Positions 10,395-20,283 are shown, numbered from the whole stretch's first letter. The stretch is DNA of 58,920 bases, filler included, from 8 parts of 8 records of this genome joined end to end with filler, not necessarily neighbours in it; one strand, 5' to 3'. Notes: generated from the letters alone by a model not told the origin. Numbers and translations: made by a program.

Positions 10395-11441
10395 TCACGT
10401 ATCTCTTTGAACCAGATCCGGCTGCAGTACATATTGTCCATACGTAATATCAACACCTTGCTGATAATTTTGTATAATTTTGGCTATTCTATCTGCCATC
10501 TCCGCACTATGAGGATCGATAGAGGTTATTGCCGGAGTAAAATATTTTGCCAGATCTGTGTTACCATAACTGATAATTGAAAAATCGCCGGGCACCTGAA
10601 ATCCCCACTCTTTTAACCGGCCTAAAACCCGAACCGCATCCATATCATCACAGAAAAAAAGTCCGCCAATCCCTTCTCCTCGCAAATAATCCGGATTAAG
10701 AGTGTGCAAGTTTTCTATAACAACAGCATTTCGTGACGATTCTTTTTCGATCATTTCCTTAAAGGTGATCTCCATCACTTCCTGCACCATATTTCTGCCA
10801 GCCCAAATATCATTTTTCATAAAAGCCAGAGTGCCATGACTGTTTTCCAATAAGTAGTGAGCAGCCCGCTTGACTCCAAGATCATAACTTTGAATCACAT
10901 ACGTAAAATAGGAACCGGCCATGGTATGATCCAAAAGCGTAACAACTGTGCCGCTTGAAACAAGCCGTCGATAAAAATCAGCGGTTTTACTCTCATCCAG
11001 AGTTGGTACAACAATCACAGCTTCATAACGCTGATTAATCATGGTGCCAACCAGGCGTATTTCTTCTTTCCAGTTATTGTAATCCACATAATGTTCCAGG
11101 CGTCGGCCTGCTTTTGTGGCCTCAAAATCGAGATGATATAACAACTTTTCTGTCTGCGCGGAAAAGAAAGGAACTACAACACCCCAAATGGGTTCTTTGG
11201 GGCCAAGATCAGCGACAAAAGATCCCTTGCCTGCTTTTTGAATAATAAGACCTTCATTGGCCAGTTTTTTCAACACGAGTTTGGCTGTTTCTCGTGACAC
11301 ACTAAATTTTTCACGTATATCGTTTATGGAGTCTATTTTGCTGCCGGGCAGGGATTGCTGGGTCAGTATGGCCTTTTTATAAAAATCAAAAAGCTTTTGG
11401 TAGATCGGAATAAATGTGGTATTCTGATTCATATTCATCAC
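10395..11441 (-). CDS. Transcriptional regulator: GntR HTH fused to a LacI-type sugar-binding domain (AraR-like architecture)
   Basis: N-terminal VSRETAK...GLIIQKAGKGSFV. C-terminal VPGDFSIISYGN...PAITSID is typical of the LacI periplasmic-binding fold. Confidence 0.85.
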   Translation of the reverse strand: MMNMNQNTTFIPIYQKLFDFYKKAILTQQSLPGSKIDSINDIREKFSVSRETAKLVLKKLANEGLIIQKAGKGSFVADLGPKEPIWGVVVPFFSAQTEKLLYHLDFEATKAGRRLEHYVDYNNWKEEIRLVGTMINQRYEAVIVVPTLDESKTADFYRRLVSSGTVVTLLDHTMAGSYFTYVIQSYDLGVKRAAHYLLENSHGTLAFMKNDIWAGRNMVQEVMEITFKEMIEKESSRNAVVIENLHTLNPDYLRGEGIGGLFFCDDMDAVRVLGRLKEWGFQVPGDFSIISYGNTDLAKYFTPAITSIDPHSAEMADRIAKIIQNYQQGVDITYGQYVLQPDLVQRDT

Positions 11442-11626
11442 AAAACGATTCCGGCGTAACTTGGCTGATCAGATTCGAGATTTTAAAACAACTTGGGGAC
11501 ATTTAATTCTTAAAAGATAGGACAAAAAAAATAACATGCAAGAAAAAAGCACATTACATCACATCATTGTGTGTTTTTTTTTATGTATTGATTTCATTAT
11601 GGAAAACGGGATAACAAGGTGAGGTA

Positions 11627-12049
11627 TTAATTAGTTGTTAATTTTAAGAGTTTAAATTTCGCTTTTAAACGAGAATTTGTTTCATTGTTTTCACCAATAT
11701 AACCTTGCATAAAGACTATCGGATTCTCCATCTCAGAATCGAATAAACGAAATGTATCCGTAATCGTATAGGTTAATCCCGGCATAATGGTTTGCATTAT
11801 ATACCAGTCAATTTGCCCTCCTCTTTTGCCAAAGTTATACCTTAAACTATATCCTCCTATTTTACATGGCATCGACTTGACCGAGTAGAAAAATTTAATT
11901 GCATATTTATTATTATTTGTCTCATCGTTTACTTTTTCAAAAGTGCCGTTTGATATTTCCAATTCTGCCTGGTTGTCAGGATCCAGTACACAAGAGTGGT
12001 GTATCAAAATGACTGTTATAAATAAAACAACATATCTGATCATCCTCAT
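11627..12049 (-). CDS. Hypothetical lipoprotein
   Basis: 140-aa ORF with a hydrophobic N-terminus ending in HSC (lipobox-like). Confidence 0.55.
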   Translation of the reverse strand: MRMIRYVVLFITVILIHHSCVLDPDNQAELEISNGTFEKVNDETNNNKYAIKFFYSVKSMPCKIGGYSLRYNFGKRGGQIDWYIMQTIMPGLTYTITDTFRLFDSEMENPIVFMQGYIGENNETNSRLKAKFKLLKLTTN

Positions 12050-12258
12050 TTTTATACCTTTTATATTATCTCTTTCGATATGCCTTTAAAACCTTTCTTT
12101 NNNNNNNNNNNNNNNNNNNNNNNNNNNNNNNNNNNNNNNNNNNNTTAATTAATTAANNNNNNNNNNNNNNNNNNNNNNNNNNNNNNNNNNNNNNNNNNNN
12201 TTTTTAGCCGAAAGGGCCCAGAATTTCATCATCCACACACGCCCAGATACGAGGCTTC

Positions 12259-13206
12259 ATGCAACCGACTCAACACACCATTCCGACGCCCTACCCGGTC
12301 GGCCCTGTTCACTGCTACAGTCTTGAAATCAACGGGGAGTTGGCCCTGGTCGACACCGGGCCGCCGACCGATGAAGCGAAACAGGTCTTGCGGGACAGGA
12401 TCGATCTGGATCGCCTGAAATACCTGCTGATTACCCATTGTCATATCGATCACTATGGGCTCGCAGCCTGGTTACAGCGAGAGTACGGCGTCACAGTTTA
12501 CATCCCCTATCGCGACAGTTTGAAAATCAAGAACCATGACGTCCGCCTCAAGGGCATGTACAGCGTGTTCAAAAAAATCGGCTTCAGCAGTGAGTACATC
12601 GACGCCTTCCACAAAATAATGGACAGCGATCTAGTCTTCCCCGATTTCCCGACAGAGTTCAAGATCGCCGAGCAGGACCTGCCGGATGCCTTCAATATCA
12701 AGGCGATTCCCTGTCCGGGGCATTCCCAGAGTGACCTGATCTACAGTACGGACAGCTGGGCGGCCACCGGGGACACCATGCTGCGCGAAATCTTTCAATC
12801 CCCGCTGCTCGACATCGACCTTCTCTCCGGAAAGCGCTTCCGCAACTACGACGCCTACTGCCAGACCATTATTCATCTGGCCACACTGCGTGAGAAAAAG
12901 ATCCTTCCGGGACACCGTGAATACATCATCGGGGTCGATTACAATATCTGCTACTACACCGGAAAGCTGCTGGAACGTGCGGGCCGCAGCCGCAAGCTGA
13001 CCGCGCAGATGTCACCCCCTGAGGTTGTTGACAAACTGTTCGGTGACAATGCGAAGGATCCGTTCCTGAAATACCTGAAAACATCCGAAATTATTTTCAT
13101 CCGTGATTTTCTCGATCAGCCCGAAACACTGAAAAGCTCTCTGGAACAGATCGGCCTCTTTGCCGAGATGGAATCCCTCTATCACAAAGCGATCGGAGAT
13201 CATTGA
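12259..13206 (+). CDS. Metallo-beta-lactamase fold hydrolase
   Basis: Motifs LVDTG, THCHIDHYG, PGHS, GD and LPGH. Confidence 0.9.
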   Translation: MQPTQHTIPTPYPVGPVHCYSLEINGELALVDTGPPTDEAKQVLRDRIDLDRLKYLLITHCHIDHYGLAAWLQREYGVTVYIPYRDSLKIKNHDVRLKGMYSVFKKIGFSSEYIDAFHKIMDSDLVFPDFPTEFKIAEQDLPDAFNIKAIPCPGHSQSDLIYSTDSWAATGDTMLREIFQSPLLDIDLLSGKRFRNYDAYCQTIIHLATLREKKILPGHREYIIGVDYNICYYTGKLLERAGRSRKLTAQMSPPEVVDKLFGDNAKDPFLKYLKTSEIIFIRDFLDQPETLKSSLEQIGLFAEMESLYHKAIGDH

Positions 13207-14396
13207 TGGGTCACCACGTTGGCAGCAAGAGCAGTATCGTGCCGTTAATAGATCGGCTCAACAAATATCCTGTTGGCCTGCCGGATCATGAAAAATTACG
13301 TGAAATTCTTGCTTTGCTGTTCGCAGAGAAAGAAGCCTATATCGCCTCCCGCTTTCCGCTCGAAGAGGCGACTCTCTCCGAACTCGTTGAAGCGACAGAG
13401 ATCCCTTCCGAGGAGTTAAAGCCTCACCTTGAACAGATGTGCGACAAAGGGTTGGTCATGGATCTTCCCTATGAAGGGCAAACCTACTATCTCATGATGC
13501 CCGGCCTCATCGGTTTTTTTGAGTTTACCTTTATGAAGAGCAGTCGTCCCGACCTGCCAAGGGAAAAGGTTGCCCGGCTGATGCAGGAGTATCTCTATGA
13601 AAATCCACAGCAGGGAATGGCCAAAGAGTTTTTTGACAGCAAGATCCCGCTGACCCGGGCGGTCCCTTACGAAGAGGTCATTCCTGTCTCTTCAACGGTC
13701 ACCAGCTACGAAAGCGCCCGCCAGATTGTCAAAGACTCCGAATTTGGAGCCGTCGGCATCTGCTACTGTCGGCATAAAAAACACCACCTGGACGAAGACT
13801 GTAAAAAAGGCGCCCCAATGGGGGATATCTGCATCTCTCTTGGTGAAGGAGCCCGCTTTCTCGTCCGTCGCGGTTTCGCCAAAGAACAAACCAAGGAAGA
13901 GCTGCTGACCGTGCTGGAACAGGCAAGGGCACTCAATCTGACCCATATTACTGACAACATCCGCGAACAGCCTTCCTTTATCTGTAATTGCTGCTCCTGT
14001 TGCTGCGAACTATTGATCGGTGTCCAGGCGGGTTATCATGATGGTGTTGCCAAAGCACCGTTCACACTTCAAATTGATGAACAGCGCTGCAACAGCTGCG
14101 GGCTCTGTATCAAGGCCTGCAATGCGGCCGTTCTGAGCATTCCAGAGAAAAAGCAGCCGGTTCAGATGGACACGGCCATCTGTCTCGGTTGTGGCGCCTG
14201 CATCCCAGTCTGCAAGCAGCAGGCACTCTCACTGATTGCACGTAAAAAACGCTACAAACCACCACGCGACCGCCGTGAAATGATGGTCAGACGATTACTG
14301 GAAAAGAAACGACTGTCTCCTTTTGTCATCAGCCATGTCAAAAAGAAGATCAGGAAGATCGTCCGGGGCAAAGTCCGCGATCCTAACATTCCTTAG
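13206..14396 (+). CDS. 4Fe-4S dicluster protein with an N-terminal wHTH-like region and a Cys-rich CYCR / CNCCSCCC domain
   Basis: Ferredoxin motifs CNSCGLCIKAC and CLGCGACIPVC. TGATG coupling to the MBL gene. Confidence 0.8.
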   Translation: MGHHVGSKSSIVPLIDRLNKYPVGLPDHEKLREILALLFAEKEAYIASRFPLEEATLSELVEATEIPSEELKPHLEQMCDKGLVMDLPYEGQTYYLMMPGLIGFFEFTFMKSSRPDLPREKVARLMQEYLYENPQQGMAKEFFDSKIPLTRAVPYEEVIPVSSTVTSYESARQIVKDSEFGAVGICYCRHKKHHLDEDCKKGAPMGDICISLGEGARFLVRRGFAKEQTKEELLTVLEQARALNLTHITDNIREQPSFICNCCSCCCELLIGVQAGYHDGVAKAPFTLQIDEQRCNSCGLCIKACNAAVLSIPEKKQPVQMDTAICLGCGACIPVCKQQALSLIARKKRYKPPRDRREMMVRRLLEKKRLSPFVISHVKKKIRKIVRGKVRDPNIP

Positions 14397-14405
14397 GATG
14401 AGCGT

Positions 14406-14624
14406 ATGGCAGTAACGATTTTAACAAATTGTACGGGCTGCGGACGCTGCATTGCTGTCTGTCAACATGACGCCATCAGCTTCACGACAGAGCAACCCAA
14501 TGGCTTTGGCAAAAAAACGGCGATCATTGATCAAAAAACCTGCGGCCTCTGCTTTGCGTGTCTGCTCACCTGTCCACACAAAGCCATTTCTGACGAGTAC
14601 TCTGCATTGGCTCCATGGTCATAA
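14406..14624 (+). CDS. 2x[4Fe-4S] ferredoxin
   Basis: Motifs CTGCGRCIAVC and CGLCFACLLTCP. Confidence 0.88.
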   Translation: MAVTILTNCTGCGRCIAVCQHDAISFTTEQPNGFGKKTAIIDQKTCGLCFACLLTCPHKAISDEYSALAPWS

Positions 14625-14648
14625 ATTAAATCCGATAGCCGAACGTCA

Positions 14649-14682
14649 ACGGGCCCTGCTCACAACTGTGAACAGGGCCCGT
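14649..14682. terminator. Hairpin between the convergent ferredoxin and nrfA genes, probable terminator
   Basis: ACGGGCCCTGCTCAC-AACT-GTGAACAGGGCCCGT, a near-perfect inverted repeat. Confidence 0.7.
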
Positions 14683-14713
14683 CTCATTTTACGATCTCCC
14701 TATCAATAAGGAA

Positions 14714-16213
14714 TTAATAGGAGGTCTTGCGAACCATGCCGTCTTGTGTGGCTGGGTCGTAAACGCCGTTGTCCTTCTGGCCATCGAACCACTCCTGACG
14801 TAAACCGTTCAGGAATTTCTTCTTGTCATCAACCAGCTTGTCGTAAGGCAGGCCACTGACGACCTGAGCTTTTTCTTTGGTCGAGAAGTCTGGAGCAGCG
14901 TAGTCAGCTGCACCGTATTTCGCCAGAATGATGCGCAGTTTCAGACGCGCGTCCTGACCTTTGTTGATGGCACTACCGAGAACACGCAGGGTTTCTTCAG
15001 GAGCGTGGAAGAAAGAACCGTGAGCCGCGATGGAGAAATCCCAACGCCACTGACCATGACGGATATCCATCAGTGCCGGCTGCATTTCTTCTTCCGTTGC
15101 GCCCAGTTCCCAGGCCTTGGCAGCTTCCAGGTGTGCTCTGGCGAGAACGCCCATTGCAGCGTTGTGGAGTTCATTCTTACGCTCAAGTTTACGCTCAACA
15201 GTCGCACGGAATTCAGCTTCGGTTCCACTGTGACAGTTCAGGCAGGTATTAGCGATATCGTCCAGCGGGCTGCCAACCTGGTGGTTGGAGTACTTGACGC
15301 CACCTTCACGGACGTAAGGCATATGACAATCGGCACAGGCGAGGTTGTTCTGGCCATGGACGCCTGTCTTGAATGTTTCGTAACCCGGATGCTGAGCTTT
15401 CAGCATGGGAGCCTTGCTCAGTTTGTGTGTCCAGTCAACAAAGTTACGATCATCGTAGTATTTTTCAACGTCTTCAGCAGCGAGACCATCGTTCCATGGG
15501 AAGGTGACAACTTTGGCAGTCCGCTCAACGCCGTCAGGATCGGTCCATTTGGTCGCCTTGAAATAGTACTCGGAGTGGCACTGAGCACAGACCAGAGAAC
15601 GCATGTCCTGATGGGTCGCGTCAGCAAACGGTGCACTTCCTTCAGCGTCGAGAGCACGCTTCAAATAATCACGGGTGACGGTCAGCTTCATGGTTTCACT
15701 GTCGTGACAGTCGGCACACCCGATCGGATTCGCAATTTCATCACCTAAGCGAGCCCACTTGCCGGTGAAGAATGCGTTTTCACCGCTTTTTGCGATTTCA
15801 CGTGGGACGTCAGGAGATTTACAGGTCCAGCAAGCGGTCGGCATGGGGCCGGTCTGCTCATCAATCGGTCCACCGGTCCGCAGCGTATTGATGTTGTCTT
15901 CGACAGCATAGAAGTGACCACGTGGAGCATTATAATCTTTGGAAAAGCCGTAACCGGACCACATGATGACCAACTCAGGGCTGTCCTTTAGAATATCCTT
16001 GATGTCGTCACTTTTCTTGGTGCGCATGTAAGAATCATACTGACGGGGATAATATTTACCCCACTCGGCACTCTTAGACTCGAATGCTTTGATCTTCGGT
16101 GTCGCGTTGATCTGAGCCTGCTCAGCCTTGTTTTCTTTGATCGATACAGTCAATAACAGCATCGGCACCATCACCACAACGCAGAGAATAGTGATTAATG
16201 TTGATTTCTTCAT
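14714..16213 (-). CDS. nrfA: Ammonia-forming cytochrome c nitrite reductase, catalytic subunit
   Basis: Lys-ligated active-site CWTCK plus four CxxCH motifs. Also KAQHP, RGHFYA and HGSFFHAP. SD GGAGG. Confidence 0.97.
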   Translation of the reverse strand: MKKSTLITILCVVVMVPMLLLTVSIKENKAEQAQINATPKIKAFESKSAEWGKYYPRQYDSYMRTKKSDDIKDILKDSPELVIMWSGYGFSKDYNAPRGHFYAVEDNINTLRTGGPIDEQTGPMPTACWTCKSPDVPREIAKSGENAFFTGKWARLGDEIANPIGCADCHDSETMKLTVTRDYLKRALDAEGSAPFADATHQDMRSLVCAQCHSEYYFKATKWTDPDGVERTAKVVTFPWNDGLAAEDVEKYYDDRNFVDWTHKLSKAPMLKAQHPGYETFKTGVHGQNNLACADCHMPYVREGGVKYSNHQVGSPLDDIANTCLNCHSGTEAEFRATVERKLERKNELHNAAMGVLARAHLEAAKAWELGATEEEMQPALMDIRHGQWRWDFSIAAHGSFFHAPEETLRVLGSAINKGQDARLKLRIILAKYGAADYAAPDFSTKEKAQVVSGLPYDKLVDDKKKFLNGLRQEWFDGQKDNGVYDPATQDGMVRKTSY

Positions 16214-16245
16214 AAGTCGTTCCTCCAATTAATTTCGTTTATGCG

Positions 16246-16749
16246 TTAATCAAGAACAAGATTTGATTGTGTTGTTGTCAGATTACGAGTCACACCGTGT
16301 GGAACCTCGCGGTGGCAATCCCAGCACTGGCGACCCATCTGCACGTGGCTTTCAGTGTTGCTGTACAACTTGGCATTATCCAGCATCTGCGAAACGATGC
16401 CTTCATGGCAGGAAATACAGTTGTCCTGAATCCGGCTGGCCGCGTCATCGGTAATTCTGAGGTTGTAACCGTAGCTTTTAAAGGTCATCGCCATGGAATG
16501 ATTGTATCCATCCTTGGCTTTAGCGAGCATTTTGTTCATGAAACTGTCCCGTGGCAGATGACAGTCGACACAGGTTGCTCGTTCCCGGTGTGAACTGTGT
16601 TGCCAGGTTGCATAATGCGTGTTCATCGTGTGGCAGGTGATACAGACTTCCGGATCGCTCGACATATAAGAGAGCATCTTAGATTCGGCGACCAGGTAAC
16701 AAAACATACCGATCACTGCCACAACAGAACAGATGGCCACTATTCTCAT
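16246..16749 (-). CDS. nrfH: Cytochrome c nitrite reductase small (NapC/NirT-type) subunit
   Basis: N-terminal TM helix and four CxxCH motifs (CITCH, CVDCH, CISCH, CWDCH). SD AAGGAG before ATG 16749. Lies directly upstream of nrfA. Confidence 0.95.
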   Translation of the reverse strand: MRIVAICSVVAVIGMFCYLVAESKMLSYMSSDPEVCITCHTMNTHYATWQHSSHRERATCVDCHLPRDSFMNKMLAKAKDGYNHSMAMTFKSYGYNLRITDDAASRIQDNCISCHEGIVSQMLDNAKLYSNTESHVQMGRQCWDCHREVPHGVTRNLTTTQSNLVLD

Positions 16750-16900
16750 ATCGTCTCCTTCTGCCATTGGCCACAGCTGTTGTTGGTAAACATTGTAGAA
16801 AGCATTCCAGTCTGCTTTCCGTCGGTAAAGTTCAAACTCATGTCAGTCAACTTTCCTTATCCTTGTAAGTCAGTTCGTCAGTTTCCCTATGCTTTCTATC

Positions 16901-16916
16901 AGCAACCACCATGCCA
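16901..16916 (-). promoter_or_regulatory. Sigma-54 (-24/-12) promoter of nrfHA
   Basis: The minus strand reads TGGCATGGTGGTTGCT, matching TGGCA-N6-TTGCW with exact GG-N10-GC spacing. Confidence 0.8.
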
Positions 16917-16966
16917 TAAATTTTTCTTATATTTTCCAGCAGGTTATGGTTTAGATCTCCTATCTG

Positions 16967-17018
16967 GTGTTACCGAAAGGTAGCTTTTCCTTTCTTTTAT
17001 GTGTTACCGTTCGGTAGC
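16967..17018. promoter_or_regulatory. Two tandem enhancer-like sites GTGTTACCG-N3-GGTAGC
   Basis: GTGTTACCGAAAGGTAGC (16967-16984) and GTGTTACCGTTCGGTAGC (17001-17018). Each is pseudo-palindromic and both lie upstream of the sigma-54 promoter. Confidence 0.7.
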
Positions 17019-17049
17019 GTCATAGCAAATCTCAGGAGAAGGTTCTGGA

Positions 17050-18603
17050 ATGCAGCTGAAAGCCAAATTCATTTTGATCGTCGCTCTGATCATTCTCTGT
17101 TCATACGGTGTCACCTTTTACAGGACATCCCACTTTCAAGAAGAGTTGGTCGTGCAGCAAGCGACACGACAGGCGAAGATGTTATTCACCCAGATTCGCC
17201 TGACCCGCCAGTGGATTGCCGACCATAACGGCTTGTTCCTTGTGAAGGCTCCAGGCGTTGAAGCCAACCCCTTTCTTCCGGATGGGCAAGTTCAGGATGC
17301 GGATGGGAAATGGCTGGTCAAGCGCAACCCCGCGATGGTGACTCGTGAGCTTTCGGCCTACGCTGCACGAGAAGGGATGGGACAATTTAATGTCACCAGT
17401 CTCAAACCACTGAACCCGGACAACAAACCGGACCAATTTGAACGCACCAGCCTGGAAGGGTTCAGCACAGGACTAACCGAAGCTATCCATATTGAAGAGG
17501 CCTCGGGCCGTCATCGGCTGAGATATATGGCGCCTCTCGAGGTCGATTCACGTTGCCTTGAATGTCATAATGAACAGGGTTATGAGATCGGCGATATTCG
17601 CGGAGGGATGAGCGTTTCGATCCCAATTGATTGGGCCTTTACGGAGATCAAGCAGAACAACAGACTGCTCCTGAACATCGCTATTGCTACCATCATCATT
17701 GTCTCACTGGCCATTTATCTGCTCTTTGATTTGTTGGTTGCCAAACGAGTTAAGCGACTGTCTCAACGGATGGAGGATTATCCAGATCATGGATTGGCAA
17801 GCAAACCAAAGCTTGATGACTTTGAGGATGAAATTGGCTCTCTCAACGAAAATTTTCATCAACTATGCTTTCGACTTGAACAGTCGCAAGACGAACTGGA
17901 CAAAACCCGCGAGCAGGTTTTTCAAAATGAGAAACAAGCGGCCCTTGGACGGCTTGTTGCAGGCATTTCCCATGAAATCAACAACCCTTTAAGTGGCATG
18001 AAAAATTGCATTCAAACCATGCAACGCCAAAGAGAAAATCCGGAACTCCAAGAGCGCTATCTCACCCTGATGAGGCAAGGTGTCGACCGCATCAAGGAAA
18101 CCGTCCAACAGCTACTGAATATCGGTCGTATCGAGCCTTTGGACATAAAAACGGGCGATATCGATCAGGTCATTCGTGATTCCATGGAGTTAATCTCTAT
18201 GGGGCATAAACACATTTCCGTCGACCTTAATCTCAATGTCGACCGACCGGTCACAACAGGAATCGAAGCTCTGAGACAGGTCATTATTAATCTTGGCGGG
18301 AATGCTATTCAGGCGGTTGACGAGAAATCAGGAACCATCACGATCAACAGCAGCCTGGCCGAACAAATTTTGCGGATTCAAATCAGCGATGATGGTCCGG
18401 GGATTGCGCAGGAAAACCTCGATAAAATTTTTGAACCGTTCTTCACCACCAAGGAAGTGGGTGAAGGGACAGGCCTGGGCTTGTCCGTGTCCCATTCTCT
18501 CATCAGCCAGCTCGGTGGGACCCTGACAGCGTCAAACCTGCCTGAGGGTGGTGCTCACTTCAATATGGAGATACCCCTTCATGCAATTGAGGATTCCGAA
18601 TGA
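17050..18603 (+). CDS. Sensor histidine kinase with a periplasmic heme-c (DUF3365-type) domain; NrfS-like
   Basis: Two TM helices, NPAMVTRELS, SLKPLNPDNKPD, heme motif CLECH, H-box GISHEINNPL, and G-boxes DDGPG and FFTTK..GTGLGL. Confidence 0.9.
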   Translation: MQLKAKFILIVALIILCSYGVTFYRTSHFQEELVVQQATRQAKMLFTQIRLTRQWIADHNGLFLVKAPGVEANPFLPDGQVQDADGKWLVKRNPAMVTRELSAYAAREGMGQFNVTSLKPLNPDNKPDQFERTSLEGFSTGLTEAIHIEEASGRHRLRYMAPLEVDSRCLECHNEQGYEIGDIRGGMSVSIPIDWAFTEIKQNNRLLLNIAIATIIIVSLAIYLLFDLLVAKRVKRLSQRMEDYPDHGLASKPKLDDFEDEIGSLNENFHQLCFRLEQSQDELDKTREQVFQNEKQAALGRLVAGISHEINNPLSGMKNCIQTMQRQRENPELQERYLTLMRQGVDRIKETVQQLLNIGRIEPLDIKTGDIDQVIRDSMELISMGHKHISVDLNLNVDRPVTTGIEALRQVIINLGGNAIQAVDEKSGTITINSSLAEQILRIQISDDGPGIAQENLDKIFEPFFTTKEVGEGTGLGLSVSHSLISQLGGTLTASNLPEGGAHFNMEIPLHAIEDSE

Positions 18604-19937
18604 GTTCGTACCTGTTAGTCGTTGAAGACGACGAAATCGTCCGCATTACGATCGTGGACCACCTGCGCCACCATGGGTGGCAGGTCGATGAGGCCACTAA
18701 CGGACTGGATGCCCTGGAACTGGTCAAAAAGAACAGTTACGATCTGGTTGTTTCAGATATTCGCATGCCGGGCCTCGACGGTGAAAAGCTGCTTCAAAAA
18801 ATCAGACAGATGGCTCCCCGCACGGAAGTGATCCTGATGACGGCACATGGCAACAGCGACAATGCCGTGTCGTGCCTGAAGCAGGGGGCTGCCGATTATA
18901 TCCTCAAGCCGTTCGATCTGGATGATCTCAGCTGCCGCATCGAACGCCTGCTGCAGATTCAGGAGATCAAAGCCCGCTGCGTGTCTCTTGAGAGCTGCTG
19001 CGGACAACGCCAACCGTTGATCGGCTCAGGTCCTCCGATGCAGAAACTGCTCGGCCTCATCAGCCAGGTCTCGCAGACCGATGCAACCGTCCTGATTCAA
19101 GGAGAGAGTGGAACCGGAAAAGAACTGGTCGCTGCAGCCATTCATTTTGAGAGCAAACGGGCGAACAAACCCTATATTCGCGTCAACTGCGCCGCGATAC
19201 CAGCCGGACTGCTCGAATCAGAGTTATTCGGTCATGAGAAGGGGGCTTTCACCGGAGCCGAAAAGACGTCACAGGGAAAATTTGAGTTGGCGGATCAGGG
19301 AACCATCCTGCTCGATGAAATCGGAGACATGCCTCTCGAGCTGCAGGTCAAGTTGCTCCGCGTTCTCCAGGAACGTGAAATTGAACGGATCGGCGGAAAA
19401 CGTCCGATTCAGATCGACGTTCGCGTCATCTGTGCGACCATCAAAGATCTCGAGAAAGAAGTTGCTGAAGAGCGCTTCCGTCAGGATCTCTACTATCGGC
19501 TCCAGGTCATTCCGATCTCCGTTCCGCCTCTGCGAGAACGGAAGGAGGATATCCCCGAATTGACCGATCACTTTCTGAAACAGTTCGGGAAAGATCGTGG
19601 GATCAGTTTCAAACTCTCACCGGATGCGAGCGAAGCTTTGGCGCACTACAGCTTCCCCGGAAACGTTCGAGAGCTGAGAAACCTGCTGGAACGCGTATCG
19701 GTTCTGGCGCCGTCACCAGCCATTCAGCTTTGGAATTTCCCACCGGACATTCGTCAGGACACGGTAGAAGAGGCTGAACCGGTTGAACTGAATCTGGCAT
19801 CAGCAGTAGCCAGGGCAGAGCAGCTGTGCATTCTCAGTGCTCTGAAAAAAACCGATGGGAACAAAACCGAAGCCGCCGAACTTCTCGGAATCAGTCGCAA
19901 GAACCTATGGGAAAAAATGAAAACTTATCATTTATAA
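18600..19937 (+). CDS. Sigma-54-dependent response regulator (NtrC family); NrfR-like
   Basis: REC domain (SDIRMPG), GESGTGKE, GAFTGA, LLDEIG, FPGNVREL and a Fis-type HTH. Confidence 0.95.
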   Translation: MSSYLLVVEDDEIVRITIVDHLRHHGWQVDEATNGLDALELVKKNSYDLVVSDIRMPGLDGEKLLQKIRQMAPRTEVILMTAHGNSDNAVSCLKQGAADYILKPFDLDDLSCRIERLLQIQEIKARCVSLESCCGQRQPLIGSGPPMQKLLGLISQVSQTDATVLIQGESGTGKELVAAAIHFESKRANKPYIRVNCAAIPAGLLESELFGHEKGAFTGAEKTSQGKFELADQGTILLDEIGDMPLELQVKLLRVLQEREIERIGGKRPIQIDVRVICATIKDLEKEVAEERFRQDLYYRLQVIPISVPPLRERKEDIPELTDHFLKQFGKDRGISFKLSPDASEALAHYSFPGNVRELRNLLERVSVLAPSPAIQLWNFPPDIRQDTVEEAEPVELNLASAVARAEQLCILSALKKTDGNKTEAAELLGISRKNLWEKMKTYHL

Positions 19938-19986
19938 TCAGGTTTTGTTTCAGTAATCATTCAGATGAATTGAAAGGAAGAAACGG

Positions 19987-20262
19987 ATGTTATTTGTCAT
20001 TCATTGTCGCGATAAGAAAAATCATCTTCTCGTTCGCCAGGAGAATCGCCCGGCCCATGTTGACTATCTGAAAAGTTTCGGCGAACGCTTGCAGGCAGCC
20101 GGCCCATTGCTCAACGATCAGGACGAAATGTGCGGCTCAGTTGTTATTCTCGATGTCGCCGACCGTGCTGCCGCTGAAGAGTTTGCCGCCAACGATCCAT
20201 ATGCTAAAGCAGACCTGTTTGACAGCGTGATGATCGACCGCTGGAATAAAGTTCTACCGTAG
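19987..20262 (+). CDS. YciI family protein
   Basis: Motifs RPAHVDYL, AGPLL, GSVVI and DPY. Confidence 0.88.
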   Translation: MLFVIHCRDKKNHLLVRQENRPAHVDYLKSFGERLQAAGPLLNDQDEMCGSVVILDVADRAAAEEFAANDPYAKADLFDSVMIDRWNKVLP

Positions 20263-20283
20263 TTTTAGCTTCGATCGACTCCT

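Noticed and set aside
15005-15748. Long antisense ORFs (e.g. 15005-15748, 3540-4268, 37491-38189, 26885-27463, 51936-52559)
   Set aside because: They shadow well-supported genes on the opposite strand and show no recognisable motifs.
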